Positions 14,740 to 24,188 of a stretch of 64,000 bases of DNA are shown one piece after another; the first letter of the stretch is position 1, and each line of letters starts with the position of its first letter. The notes under the pieces are model-generated. The model was not told the origin of the DNA, did not search any database, and worked only from the letters and a program-made list of their open reading frames with translations. This DNA is from an uncultured Acidimicrobiales bacterium. GTDB lineage: Bacteria; Actinomycetota; Acidimicrobiia; Acidimicrobiales; SZUA-35. Position numbers and translations under genes: made by a program. Where the stretch lies: contig CALIFY010000017.1 in NCBI GenBank assembly GCA_938021675.1, positions 36,947-100,946 of the forward strand. Direction: 5' to 3'.

Positions 14740-17303
14740 GAACCCTTCCCAAGCCCGACAAACCGTCGAAGCGAGGATTCAGACACGCTTCGGACCAGGA
14801 TGGTCACATGGGGCACGGCCCACCACCAACCGATCTGCCGATCGAGTCAGTTATCGATCAGGTCCGCACCGCATTAGCCAGCCATGGCCTCGGCGTACTC
14901 ACCGCCGAACCTGGCGCCGGAAAGACAACGATCGTTCCGCTCCGTTTGCTGGCCGAACCATGGCTCGACGGGCAACGAATACTCCTCCTCGAACCCCGGA
15001 GGGTGGCAGCACGAGCAGTGGCTCGACGTATGGCCAACCTGCTGGGCGAACCGGTTGGGCAGACCATCGGGTGGCGGACGCGAGACGACCACCGGGTTAG
15101 CGCAGCAACCCGCATCGAGGTCGTGACCGAGGGCATACTGACCCGCCGTCTCCAACGCGACCCCAGCCTGCCCGGAGTCGGAGCGATTCTCTTTGACGAG
15201 TTCCATGAGCGGAGCGTCCACGCCGACCTCGGCCTCGCCCTTACCCTCGACGCCCGGGACACCATCCGCGAAGACCTTCGTCTCCTCGTCATGTCAGCCA
15301 CGATCGACGCGCCCGCGGTCGCCACCCTTATCGGCGGCGCCGACCAACCGGCCCCGACGATCGACTGCGAGGGGCGATCCCATCCAATTGAAGTTCACTG
15401 GCAGCCAAGACAGCGCCGCGACCGACTGGAAGCCGCCGTCGTTCGGGCCGTCGGCACAGCACTCGAACATCCGGGCGACGTACTGGTCTTTCTCCCCGGC
15501 GTCGGCGAAATCAAGCGAACCGTCGACGCGCTCCACCACAACGTCGACGTTCCCATCAGGCCGTTATACGGCGCGCTCAGCGCCGAAGAACAGGATGAAG
15601 CACTTCGCAAAACCGAAGGCCAACGCCGGGTCGTCGTCGCCACCGACGTGGCCGAGACATCACTCACCGTGGACGGGATCGGCACCGTCGTCGACGCTGG
15701 TCTCGCTCGCCGACCTCGATACGACCCCGCTACCGGGTTAACCCGCCTCGTTACCATCAGCAACTCAAAGGCGTCAGCCGAGCAGCGAGCCGGCCGAGCC
15801 GGCCGGCTCGGCCCTGGCGTAGCGATACGGCTGTGGTCGAAAATCGAACACGCGGCGCGGCCTCGCCATGACCAGCCCGAAATTTTGGGGATCGATATGG
15901 CACCCCTGCTCCTCGAATCTCTCGCCTGGGGCGTTCCCGACCCGACAACCCTTCGCTTGCTCGACCCACCATCTGCCACCGCAATCGACGAGGGTCGCGA
16001 CGTGCTCGCCATGCTCGGCGCCCTCGACGCCGATGGCAACCTCACCAGTCTCGGTCGCGAAATGCTCGCCCTCCCCCTCCACCCTCGATTGGCGGCAATG
16101 GTCACCGGCGCCGGCGATGGTCCACTCGGATGGCCAGCCGCCGTGCTTGCGGCGTTGCTCGACGAACGAGACGTCATCGGCGGCAGGACAAGCGAGCGCC
16201 CGGTAGACCTTTGGACCAGGGTTCAGCTTGTTGTCGATCGAGAGCTGCGGGTAAGCAACGCCGATGGGTCGGCGATACAGACCGTCCGCCGCCGGGCTCA
16301 TCAGCTACTAAAGCGAACCGGCGCACGGGAAACGACAATCCACCTCGGAGACCTTGGCCGGACCTTGGCCCTCGCGTACCCCGACCGGCTGGCACAGAAG
16401 CGGCGGGGCCAGGGAGGCAGGTTTCGTCTTCGCAATGGGATGGGCGGCGAGATCGACCGAACCGACCCGATGGCCCACGAGGAAATGCTCGTCGTAGCCG
16501 AGCTGTCTGGGCCGAAACGAAATGTCCGGGTCGTCAAGGCCGCAGCGATAGATCGGCTCGACGTGGAGCTCGGTTTCGCCGCCGACGTAGCCGAACGCAC
16601 GTTCTTCGGCTGGGACGAGCGAGCCAACGATCTTTCGATGCGCGTCGAGCGCCGCCTCGGCGCATTGGATTTCGGCACAAACGAGATACCCATCAGTTCA
16701 TCACCTGATGTGACCGCGGCGCTGATCGACCGAATTGTCGCAACCGGGCTCGACCTCCTCACCTGGACCTCGGCGGCCAGAAACCTTCAGGCGAGGGTGG
16801 CCCTAATCCAAAACCACCGCCCGGACACGATGGCTATCGGCGACGACGCCATCGATGATGCCAGCCTGCTGGAGGCGGCCACCGAAGTATTCGGCCCATG
16901 GCTCGATAGTGCGACCGGCCGAGCCGATGTCGAAGCGCTCGATGTCGAGCTGCTACTCCGTACCCGCCTCGGATGGGAACGCCGCCAAATTGTGGACCGT
17001 CTGGCGCCAACCGAGCTTTCCCTTCCGAAGGGTCGACCCGCAGCAATAGATTACACGGCTGAATCGCCTCGGATCTCCGTCCGGGCCCAGCGGTTGTATG
17101 GTATAACCACCACACCGAGCATAATCGAAGGCAGTGTGCCGCTTACCGTCGAGCTGCTTTCGCCGGCTGATCGGCCAATTCAGGTCACGGCCGACCTCGC
17201 GGCGTTTTGGTCGGGTTCGTGGTCCGAGGTTCGCAAAGAGATGGCTGGCCGGTACCCCAAGCACCAATGGCCGGACGATCCAGCCGGTGCTACTCCTCGC
17301 TGA
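14736..17303 (+). CDS. hrpB: ATP-dependent RNA helicase HrpB (DEAH box)
   Basis: Motifs present are GAGKTT, DEFHERS, SAT and QRAGRAGR, with an HrpB-type C-terminal domain. I chose the ATG at 14736 because of its ATGA overlap with the thermonuclease stop. The ATG at 14808 is an alternative. Confidence 0.9.
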   Translation: MRTLPKPDKPSKRGFRHASDQDGHMGHGPPPTDLPIESVIDQVRTALASHGLGVLTAEPGAGKTTIVPLRLLAEPWLDGQRILLLEPRRVAARAVARRMANLLGEPVGQTIGWRTRDDHRVSAATRIEVVTEGILTRRLQRDPSLPGVGAILFDEFHERSVHADLGLALTLDARDTIREDLRLLVMSATIDAPAVATLIGGADQPAPTIDCEGRSHPIEVHWQPRQRRDRLEAAVVRAVGTALEHPGDVLVFLPGVGEIKRTVDALHHNVDVPIRPLYGALSAEEQDEALRKTEGQRRVVVATDVAETSLTVDGIGTVVDAGLARRPRYDPATGLTRLVTISNSKASAEQRAGRAGRLGPGVAIRLWSKIEHAARPRHDQPEILGIDMAPLLLESLAWGVPDPTTLRLLDPPSATAIDEGRDVLAMLGALDADGNLTSLGREMLALPLHPRLAAMVTGAGDGPLGWPAAVLAALLDERDVIGGRTSERPVDLWTRVQLVVDRELRVSNADGSAIQTVRRRAHQLLKRTGARETTIHLGDLGRTLALAYPDRLAQKRRGQGGRFRLRNGMGGEIDRTDPMAHEEMLVVAELSGPKRNVRVVKAAAIDRLDVELGFAADVAERTFFGWDERANDLSMRVERRLGALDFGTNEIPISSSPDVTAALIDRIVATGLDLLTWTSAARNLQARVALIQNHRPDTMAIGDDAIDDASLLEAATEVFGPWLDSATGRADVEALDVELLLRTRLGWERRQIVDRLAPTELSLPKGRPAAIDYTAESPRISVRAQRLYGITTTPSIIEGSVPLTVELLSPADRPIQVTADLAAFWSGSWSEVRKEMAGRYPKHQWPDDPAGATPR

Positions 17304-17348
17304 ACCTGTCTTACGCCAGCATCCCGACGGAGGAACGCTACCGTCAAC

Positions 17349-18185
17349 GTGGTGACCGCGCTGCTCGACAACCTAGGGCGACCACCGACCGACCGTCTTG
17401 TCATTATCGTCTGCGACGGCCTTGGATCATCAAACGCCGCCAACCTAGGCACCGAAGACGCACTCCGTTCCGGTGTCGCTACATCGGCACGACTCCAGGT
17501 TCCCTGCCCCTGGTCTCGAGGAGCGGCAGCCAGCCATCGGGGCGACGACATCGGCTTATCTCTCACCGTCAACGCCGACTTCGAGACCTTCCGGTGGGGT
17601 CCGATCACCTGGGCTCCCTCGCTACTCGACGGCGATGGGGGTTTTCCGCGAACACCGGTCGACCTTGGCGAACACGCAGACGTCGATGAGCTCCGCCGAG
17701 AATGTCGAGCGCAAGTCGAGCGGGCCGTCCTCTGGGGGTTCGACCCAACCCATCTCGGTTCGTATCTCGACGCCCTCTCACTGCGACCTGAACTGTTCGA
17801 CGTATTCCTCGATCTGGCATGTGAGTTCAAGTTGCCGGTAAGTCTGCCCGACGCATCGGTCGACCTCGGCTTTCCAGCGCGCGAACTAGCAGCCGAAGAG
17901 GGGATCCTGGTGCCGGATTATGTGGTAGCGGCCCCCTCCCACCGCGAGTCACGATCGGTTATCGACGAAGCTCTCCGACAACTTCAGCCCGGCGTGACCG
18001 AAATCCGAGTCCGCCCGGCAACCGACACACCCGAGATTCGGGCGGTGACCAAACACTGGATGGCCAACGTGAGCGATGCTCACCTCATAACCGACGATTG
18101 GGCCTTTCGGGCCGCCCTCGACCGATCAGATGCAGAGCTGATCGGTTTTCGCGACCTTCGGGAAGCTCAACGAAGTACCCGATAA
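17349..18185 (+). CDS. ChbG/HpnK (YdjC-like) family carbohydrate deacetylase, tentative
   Basis: The N-terminal LVIIVCDGLGSSNAAN resembles the YdjC DDxG motif region. Length and layout are compatible. This is a by-eye assignment only. Confidence 0.55.
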   Translation: MVTALLDNLGRPPTDRLVIIVCDGLGSSNAANLGTEDALRSGVATSARLQVPCPWSRGAAASHRGDDIGLSLTVNADFETFRWGPITWAPSLLDGDGGFPRTPVDLGEHADVDELRRECRAQVERAVLWGFDPTHLGSYLDALSLRPELFDVFLDLACEFKLPVSLPDASVDLGFPARELAAEEGILVPDYVVAAPSHRESRSVIDEALRQLQPGVTEIRVRPATDTPEIRAVTKHWMANVSDAHLITDDWAFRAALDRSDAELIGFRDLREAQRSTR

Positions 18186-18200
18186 CGGCGAAGTACCCGG

Positions 18201-18560
18201 TCAACCAGTCGTAGCCAAGGCGACTTCCGAACGAAACGCATCGGACTCAAAGAGTTCGATGAGCGCCAGCAGAGCCCCGACAGAACCCACAGGCTTGATA
18301 TCGCCTCGCATATAGGCCCGAGCCAGCGACTCCGAACCATCGACGATAGATGCCAGCTGGTCGACCGTCGTCGGCACCGTCACCTCGACCGCGTCGTCGT
18401 CACCGCCACCGACCACCCGTCCAGCCTCGATGGTCAACACAGCACGCCTTTTCTTCCCAATGGTGACCGCGACAACCCCAGATCGTCCTCCAGCGGACGG
18501 CGCGGCGACAGACGCCTGGGCCAAGACGTCTATCCATTCGGCGGTCAACGCTTCAGTCAT
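18201..18560 (-). CDS. SCP2 sterol-carrier-like domain protein
   Basis: The C-terminal YMRGDIKPVGSVGALLALIELF is typical of the SCP2 fold. The start overlaps the Mca stop (ATGA at 18557-18560). Confidence 0.7.
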   Translation of the reverse strand: MTEALTAEWIDVLAQASVAAPSAGGRSGVVAVTIGKKRRAVLTIEAGRVVGGGDDDAVEVTVPTTVDQLASIVDGSESLARAYMRGDIKPVGSVGALLALIELFESDAFRSEVALATTG

Positions 18561-19444
18561 TTCGGTGACCCGGCTTCGTCAACCCCGGCAAAGAGATCGT
18601 CTTCGAGAGGCAACCCATCCGCCGATCCATCGACCGGCCCACCCACAAGTGACCGGGCGAGGATGTAGTCCTCATAGGGATACGCTTCGGCTGCAGCGTC
18701 GTCGGGCAGCCCAAACCAGAACTTCTCCTCGGGGTCTACCTGTGTGGCATGGGCAAGTAACGCCTCGCGGCGGACCCCGTAGTACGCGCCAATATCGATC
18801 TTGGTCGTGATCCGGTGATCGGAGGACGGTCGGGAGAACCACTCGTCGCTATAAGGCGATTCGAGGCCTAGTTCGATGAACTTCTCGTGATGAGCGGTCA
18901 ACCGGGCCCTACTCCAGACCGAATAGTACATTTTCTGCGGTTGCCACACCGGCCCGGCCTCGGGATACCAGTCCGGATCAGCGGCTCGGTCGAACGCCAG
19001 AACGGTGACGTCGTGGACCCGCAGATGGTCTGGATGGCGATACCCCTGCTGGTCGTCGGAATAGGTGAGCAACACATGAGGCTGAAGACGACGAATACTA
19101 GATACCAGACGGCCGACGGCCTCATCGAGATCGGCTTTGGCGAAACAATCCGGCTGCTCGTTGGCCTCCGACCCCTCCATCCCCGAATCTCGGTACCCGA
19201 GCCATACCAGCTCATGGAAGCCGATCGCTTTCACCGACCGCTCAAGCTCATCGGCTCGAACCTGGGGAAGGTTGGCGCGAATCTCGGGCCGTTCCATGGC
19301 CTTGTTGAGAATATCGCCCTCTTCCCCACCGGTGGCGCAAACCAGGTACGCCTTGTGGCCTTCGGCCACGCAGCGAGCCACGGTGGGCGCCCCCTTCGAT
19401 GCCTCGTCGTCCGGGTGGGCATGAACGCTGAGCAGGCGGGCCAT
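18557..19444 (-). CDS. mca: Mycothiol conjugate amidase Mca (LmbE/PIG-L fold)
   Basis: I moved the start to MARLLSVHAHPDDEASKGA. It carries the AHPDDE and HPDH motifs. The C-terminal DLFAGV ending resembles mycobacterial Mca. The first ~105 codons of the track ORF are Arg/Pro-rich and look like an over-extension. Confidence 0.8.
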   Translation of the reverse strand: MARLLSVHAHPDDEASKGAPTVARCVAEGHKAYLVCATGGEEGDILNKAMERPEIRANLPQVRADELERSVKAIGFHELVWLGYRDSGMEGSEANEQPDCFAKADLDEAVGRLVSSIRRLQPHVLLTYSDDQQGYRHPDHLRVHDVTVLAFDRAADPDWYPEAGPVWQPQKMYYSVWSRARLTAHHEKFIELGLESPYSDEWFSRPSSDHRITTKIDIGAYYGVRREALLAHATQVDPEEKFWFGLPDDAAAEAYPYEDYILARSLVGGPVDGSADGLPLEDDLFAGVDEAGSPK

Positions 19445-19548
19445 GTCGTCAAAACTATCGGTGCTGCACTGGAACCGACCAAGGCTCGCCGTCGTTAGTA
19501 GTGTCAAGGCACCAGAACCGCTGGGAATTGAAGGAAAGGGTAAACGAA

Positions 19549-20031
19549 ATGAGTTCGTCAGCCATATGGGCCGCCATCTGGCTCGCGGCAGCGGCCGCCT
19601 TTGGCATCGGTGAGATCTTGATCGCCGGTTCCTTTTTTCTGCTGCCGTTCGCAGCTGGTGCGCTGGCCGCTGCGTTAGTGAGCCTGATCGCTCCGGTCGT
19701 CGTCGGTTGGGTTGTCTTCTTGGTGGTCTCGGTCGGCTCGTTCGTCGCCATGCGCCCATTGGCGAAGAGACTGGAAGTCAACTCTCCCGCTACAGCCGGT
19801 ATCGGGGCAAACCGCTTGAGCGGCGCCGCCGGAGTAGTCATGGCGCCAATCTCATCGGCACCGGGAGATGCCGGCCTCGTCAAGGTCGGAACCGAGGAAT
19901 GGCGGGCCGACACCCGCCCCGGAGTTGCCCTCCCTGCTGGGACCAGGGTTCGAGTGGTCGAGGTGCAAGGAACTCGGCTCCTCGTCGAACCGTTTGGTGT
20001 CGGCGAGGGCCCCGGAGACGACACGATGTAA
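19549..20031 (+). CDS. NfeD-family membrane protein
   Basis: I moved the start to MSSSAIWAAIWLAAAAAFG, with a GAAAGGG Shine-Dalgarno upstream. It has two or three TM helices plus a C-terminal OB-like tail (GLVKVGTEEWRA, VRVVEVQGTRLLVEP). It lies upstream of an SPFH gene, which is the classical pairing. Confidence 0.8.
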   Translation: MSSSAIWAAIWLAAAAAFGIGEILIAGSFFLLPFAAGALAAALVSLIAPVVVGWVVFLVVSVGSFVAMRPLAKRLEVNSPATAGIGANRLSGAAGVVMAPISSAPGDAGLVKVGTEEWRADTRPGVALPAGTRVRVVEVQGTRLLVEPFGVGEGPGDDTM

Positions 20032-20143
20032 CCGGCGACGTTCACCGGGATCTGAACGAAGGAAGTCCCAATCAATTTGGGGCTGGAGGGTAAGGGAGCC
20101 GTCGGTGCAAGCCGATGGACAATAACGGAAGTAGGAGGTAGCA

Positions 20144-21283
20144 ATGCAGGCATTTTTTGGTGCTGTCATCGTCATCCTTCTCACATTCATCGTCGTCTAC
20201 GCGGCGATGGGCGTGAGGATCGTGCGGCCCTATCAACGGGGGGTGGTCGAGCAACTCGGCCGGTACAAGGAAACGGTCGATCCAGGCCTTCGCATAATCA
20301 AGCCGCTACTGGAACGGATTCGAACCGTCGACATGCGAGAGCAGGTCATCGACGTTCCACCTCAGGAAGTCATCACCTCAGACAACGTGGCGGTTTCGGT
20401 CGACGCCGTCATCTACTACGAGCCGACAGATCCGCAACGGTTGCTATACAACGTCAACAACTTCATCCTGGCCATCACCAAGTTGGCGCAAACCAACCTG
20501 CGTAACGTCGTCGGCGAAATGAGCCTCGATGAGGCGTTCACCTCCAGGGAACGGGTCAACGCTGCGCTACGCCAAATTCTCGACGACGCCACCGACAAAT
20601 GGGGTGTCAGAGTCGTCAGGGTCGAGATCCAACGGATCGATCCGCCGCAGGACGTCATGCATGCCATGCACGAGCAGATGAAAGCTGAACGGACTCGCCG
20701 TGCGGTAGTAACCCAAGCCGAAGGAACCCGCGAAGCTGCGGTCACCCGAGCTGAAGGCGAAAAACAAGCCGCCATTCTTTCCGCCGAAGGTGTACGACAA
20801 CGCGACATCCTTACCGCAGAAGGTGAAGCGCAGGGCGTCCGGACCCGAGCCGAAGCGGAAAAGTTCCGCCAAGAAGTCGTGGCGATCGGCGAAGCCGAAG
20901 CGATCCGCAACGTCTATAGCGCCATCACAACCTCTGGCACCGACGACCGGGTCATCGCCATCAAATACCTCGAAGCCCTAGAAAACATGGCAGATGGTCG
21001 AGCGACCAAGATTTTCCTACCGGTGGAGACCGGCGCAACCCTCGGGACCCTGGGGGGCATCGCCGAAATGTTAAAGGACGGCGAGTTCCCGGCCGCCGAA
21101 CCTCGGGAACCAAGCGGTTCCAAAATGACGAAGGCCCAGATCGAGGCCGAAGCAGCAGCGTCTCGGGTCCGACGAGCGGTCGAACAGTCCGAGGCCGAAC
21201 TTAGCGCCGTGGCAGCAGACGAACTCCCAACAACCCCCGAACTGCCACCAGCCGGATTTACACCCCCACCACCGAAGCGGTAG
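20144..21283 (+). CDS. SPFH/band-7 (stomatin/prohibitin-like) protein
   Basis: It has an N-terminal TM helix and an SPFH core ([33 protein letters not shown]). A long Ala/Glu-rich coiled region follows. Confidence 0.9.
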   Translation: MQAFFGAVIVILLTFIVVYAAMGVRIVRPYQRGVVEQLGRYKETVDPGLRIIKPLLERIRTVDMREQVIDVPPQEVITSDNVAVSVDAVIYYEPTDPQRLLYNVNNFILAITKLAQTNLRNVVGEMSLDEAFTSRERVNAALRQILDDATDKWGVRVVRVEIQRIDPPQDVMHAMHEQMKAERTRRAVVTQAEGTREAAVTRAEGEKQAAILSAEGVRQRDILTAEGEAQGVRTRAEAEKFRQEVVAIGEAEAIRNVYSAITTSGTDDRVIAIKYLEALENMADGRATKIFLPVETGATLGTLGGIAEMLKDGEFPAAEPREPSGSKMTKAQIEAEAAASRVRRAVEQSEAELSAVAADELPTTPELPPAGFTPPPPKR

Positions 21284-21382
21284 CGGGTGGCGCACAGCAG
21301 TCGCCCACGCCGTCCGGCAACGATGCCGGTGCCGGGCGCGCACCCCGGCAAGCCACAAACTCTCCGGGGTGAGTTGTAGAAA

Positions 21383-21414
21383 CAACACCCGTCGACCTGC
21401 GTCGGCGGGTGTTG
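21383..21414. terminator. Strong hairpin between convergent genes (14-bp stem, 4-nt loop)
   Basis: The sequence is caacacccgtcgac ctgc gtcggcgggtgttg, with 13 of 14 positions paired. It lies between the SPFH stop (21283) and the PhoU/TrkA-C stop (21428). Confidence 0.5.
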
Positions 21415-21427
21415 GTCATATCGGGAC

Positions 21428-22651
21428 TCACGTTGACGACAACGGTTCGAGAACCAGGTCGTCCTCGTCGTTACCTTCGATTAGGCGCCACCCCAGAAGC
21501 TCGGCCAACGGGCCACGACCCTCTTCCGGACCGCTGGCCAACACCCGGTCGTCGACCCGAAGTTCGACATCACGTCGGGGGCGGTAGAGGTACCGCCCAT
21601 TTCGTTCGATGGCCAACACGTTGAATCCCGGTTCGATCGGAAGGTCGAGGTCGCCGAGGGACCGGCCGACGGCCTCCGCACCCTCACCGACCGGCATACG
21701 GACCACGATGTCATCGGTATCGCCGAGAGCGACATGGAGCACGGGATGAAGATCGCTCGACTTCTCGATCAGCCAGACCATCTGTTGCGCTTGATCGCCG
21801 AGGTCCTCGGCCGCCGCCCCGAGATGCAACAGGCCGCGAAGCGGCTTCGGGTCGATGTCATCGCTAGCGGCCCGCAAAACCCATAGCTCAAGTCGAATTT
21901 TCATCTCGTCGAGGCGATCCTCAAGGTGGCGGACCTCGGCGGCCAGACTCCGGTCGCGGAACACCAGCGACGAATAGGCCAACCCGACCGCCACCTCCGA
22001 CAGATTCTTCATCTCCACGATCGTGTCGACCGCCCGGTCGAGGTCGGTCAACACCGCCGCTTCCTCCAACCGAGGTGGATCGTAGGACGGCGCTCCGGCC
22101 AGTTCCCGAAGCCGGGTGATCCCGTCCGGCGAGCCTCGCAGAAACATCACATCGCCCGGATTGAGGATCTCATCCCCACCGGGGTCGACGAGCCACCGCC
22201 GCCCACGACGAACCGCCAGCACCCGCATACCGGTCACCACCGGCAACTCGAATGATCCGAGCGGGCGGTTGGCAAAATGAGAACCATCGGCCACCTCAAC
22301 CCGATGAGATACCTCCTCGGCCACCATCAAGTCGATGACCAGCTGGCGGGGAATACCGAGTCGACGGGTCACGATTCGGGTGATGTCGACCGCATCGTTA
22401 CCGATGCTCTCCACTGCGCTGATGACCTGAAGAACAGCCGACATGGCCTCGGCCTCACGAGGGTTACGAACAGCGATGATGCTGAGAGCCCGCATGCGAT
22501 GTACCAAGTCGCTGATCTGCTGCTCCAACGCCTCGACCTCATCGGCCATGTCCGGATCGTCGAAAAACAGGGCAGCGTAGGCCAGATCGACCATCAACTC
22601 GCTGGTGTCCTTCGCCTCGGCCAACATCTCCCGCAGATTGCGCGATTCCAT
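21428..22651 (-). CDS. Duplicated PhoU-like + TrkA-C (RCK_C) domain regulatory protein
   Basis: I moved the start to MESRNLREMLAEAKDTSELMVDLAYAALFF. There are two PhoU-like helical segments, each followed by an RCK_C-like segment (GMRVLAVRRGRRWLVDPGGDEILNPGDVMFLRG and GFNVLAIERNGRYLYRPRRDVELRVDDRVLASG). Confidence 0.8.
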   Translation of the reverse strand: MESRNLREMLAEAKDTSELMVDLAYAALFFDDPDMADEVEALEQQISDLVHRMRALSIIAVRNPREAEAMSAVLQVISAVESIGNDAVDITRIVTRRLGIPRQLVIDLMVAEEVSHRVEVADGSHFANRPLGSFELPVVTGMRVLAVRRGRRWLVDPGGDEILNPGDVMFLRGSPDGITRLRELAGAPSYDPPRLEEAAVLTDLDRAVDTIVEMKNLSEVAVGLAYSSLVFRDRSLAAEVRHLEDRLDEMKIRLELWVLRAASDDIDPKPLRGLLHLGAAAEDLGDQAQQMVWLIEKSSDLHPVLHVALGDTDDIVVRMPVGEGAEAVGRSLGDLDLPIEPGFNVLAIERNGRYLYRPRRDVELRVDDRVLASGPEEGRGPLAELLGWRLIEGNDEDDLVLEPLSST

Positions 22652-22682
22652 CAGGTGGTAGCGCTCCTTTCGTCGAGCACGA

Positions 22683-24095
22683 TCATGCCACGCCCCACAG
22701 CACCAGTGCACCGATCAGGGTCGCAGCCCCAATCACATCAAGGCTGGCGCTGACGAGTGGGATGCCGTGGTTGTCCGGATCGAGACCGAAACGGACGACG
22801 GCGAACGTCCCGTAGTACGCCACGATGGCGACGAATGCAGTGGCCAACAGCCCCCCGGTCAGCGCTACCGCGACGAGAAGTAGAAGGCCGGGAGAGGTAC
22901 GACCGGCCGCCACCCCGACCGTGCCGGCCAACGAGGCGAGAAACACGAATATCGGGAGCGCCAACACGAACGTGATGCGAATGTCAGCCCGTGAATCGCC
23001 TCTCGGGATACGGCTGGCCTCGACAAGACCGAGGTGGACCTTGGTCGAGAGTCGGTTCGACAGGATGCCACCGAGAGCTCCGGCGGTGGACAGGTAGCCG
23101 GGGAGGAGGACGATCAACACCGAAAAGGTGAGGAACCGGTCGATCGAGCGCTCCAGTACGATACCGGCCAGCAGGCTTAAGGTGCCGGCGAACAGCAGGA
23201 TCGGCATCGCCTCCAACAGGATCCGGCGGGCGGTGGCCAGCGACGATCGGATGGTCCAACCACCGACGAACAACGCCACGGCGGCAAACGCGATGGCGAG
23301 CGAGTGGGTCAGCCAGCCACGCCCGATCAATCCGGTTACGACGACGATGGCCGGCAAGGTCACGAAATCGCCGGAGGCCGAAACCAACGGCGCCATGACA
23401 TTGTCGAGGTCCCACCCGAACCGGGCCGATGCCACCGCCAACCCGAGGGTAATGGCCAGCACCACCACCGAGGCCAGCAACCCGCCGAGGACCGACACCA
23501 CCACGAAGTCGGATATCCCGATCACATCGAGTGTGTCGTCGGTGAGGAGAAGCGCCACCAGTTCGGCGATAATGGCCAACCCGAGCGCGGCGACGGTGGC
23601 ACTGGCCATGGCGCCAATGACGTTTTGACCGAGCAGGGAATCATGGCGCCATCCCCAGGTCAGCGTTCCGGCTCGCATGGCCGTTGACAGGCGACTTCCG
23701 AGCGGGCCAAAGACGTTGCCCCGCAAGCCGATGGCGGCGGGAATGAAGAGCAGCAACCCGGGGTGATCGCGCAGCGTGTCGGAGAAAAAGGCCAGCGTGA
23801 ACCCGGTGATCAAACTGGTGGTGGCCGACAACGCCAAGGCTCCGAGACTCTGGCTGGCGTCACCGATTGCCGGGCCGAGAAGACCGCCGAGTGGCCGCCA
23901 CGCCAACCGAGGAACCACCCGCCGACGACGGCCGTTGCCGGCGCGACCTGCCTCTACCTGTTCCTGGTCCTCATCCTCGGTCGGCGGACGGACCAGCAGC
24001 GACCGCAACACCATGGCCAGTCGACGGACTCGTTGGGCCCCGGGTATGGCACGGCGTCGACCACCGCCACGCTTTTGGTCGGACCCACGGGACAC
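22683..24095 (-). CDS. MgtE-like / SLC41-type divalent cation transporter (tandem MgtE membrane domains, no N-terminal CBS module)
   Basis: The sequence contains two repeats, with GLRGNVFGPLGSRLST plus GWDLDNVMAPLVSASGDFVTLP in the first and STAGALGGILSNRLST plus GLDPDNHGIPLVSASLDVIG in the second. Confidence 0.8.
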   Translation of the reverse strand: MSRGSDQKRGGGRRRAIPGAQRVRRLAMVLRSLLVRPPTEDEDQEQVEAGRAGNGRRRRVVPRLAWRPLGGLLGPAIGDASQSLGALALSATTSLITGFTLAFFSDTLRDHPGLLLFIPAAIGLRGNVFGPLGSRLSTAMRAGTLTWGWRHDSLLGQNVIGAMASATVAALGLAIIAELVALLLTDDTLDVIGISDFVVVSVLGGLLASVVVLAITLGLAVASARFGWDLDNVMAPLVSASGDFVTLPAIVVVTGLIGRGWLTHSLAIAFAAVALFVGGWTIRSSLATARRILLEAMPILLFAGTLSLLAGIVLERSIDRFLTFSVLIVLLPGYLSTAGALGGILSNRLSTKVHLGLVEASRIPRGDSRADIRITFVLALPIFVFLASLAGTVGVAAGRTSPGLLLLVAVALTGGLLATAFVAIVAYYGTFAVVRFGLDPDNHGIPLVSASLDVIGAATLIGALVLWGVA

Positions 24096-24188
24096 GGCTC
24101 AACGATAGAGGGTCGGGCCCACCACTCCGTGGGAGGGTCGGAACGCCGGACATGGAGATCACCGGTCGCCAGCGATACCCTGCCGAAC

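Noticed and set aside
14236-17303. The thermonuclease + HrpB pair considered as a dedicated nuclease-helicase defence module.
   Set aside because: HrpB is a widespread housekeeping-type helicase, and the nuclease carries a lipoprotein export signal, so the products would be in different compartments. I kept it only as a low-interest note on translational coupling.
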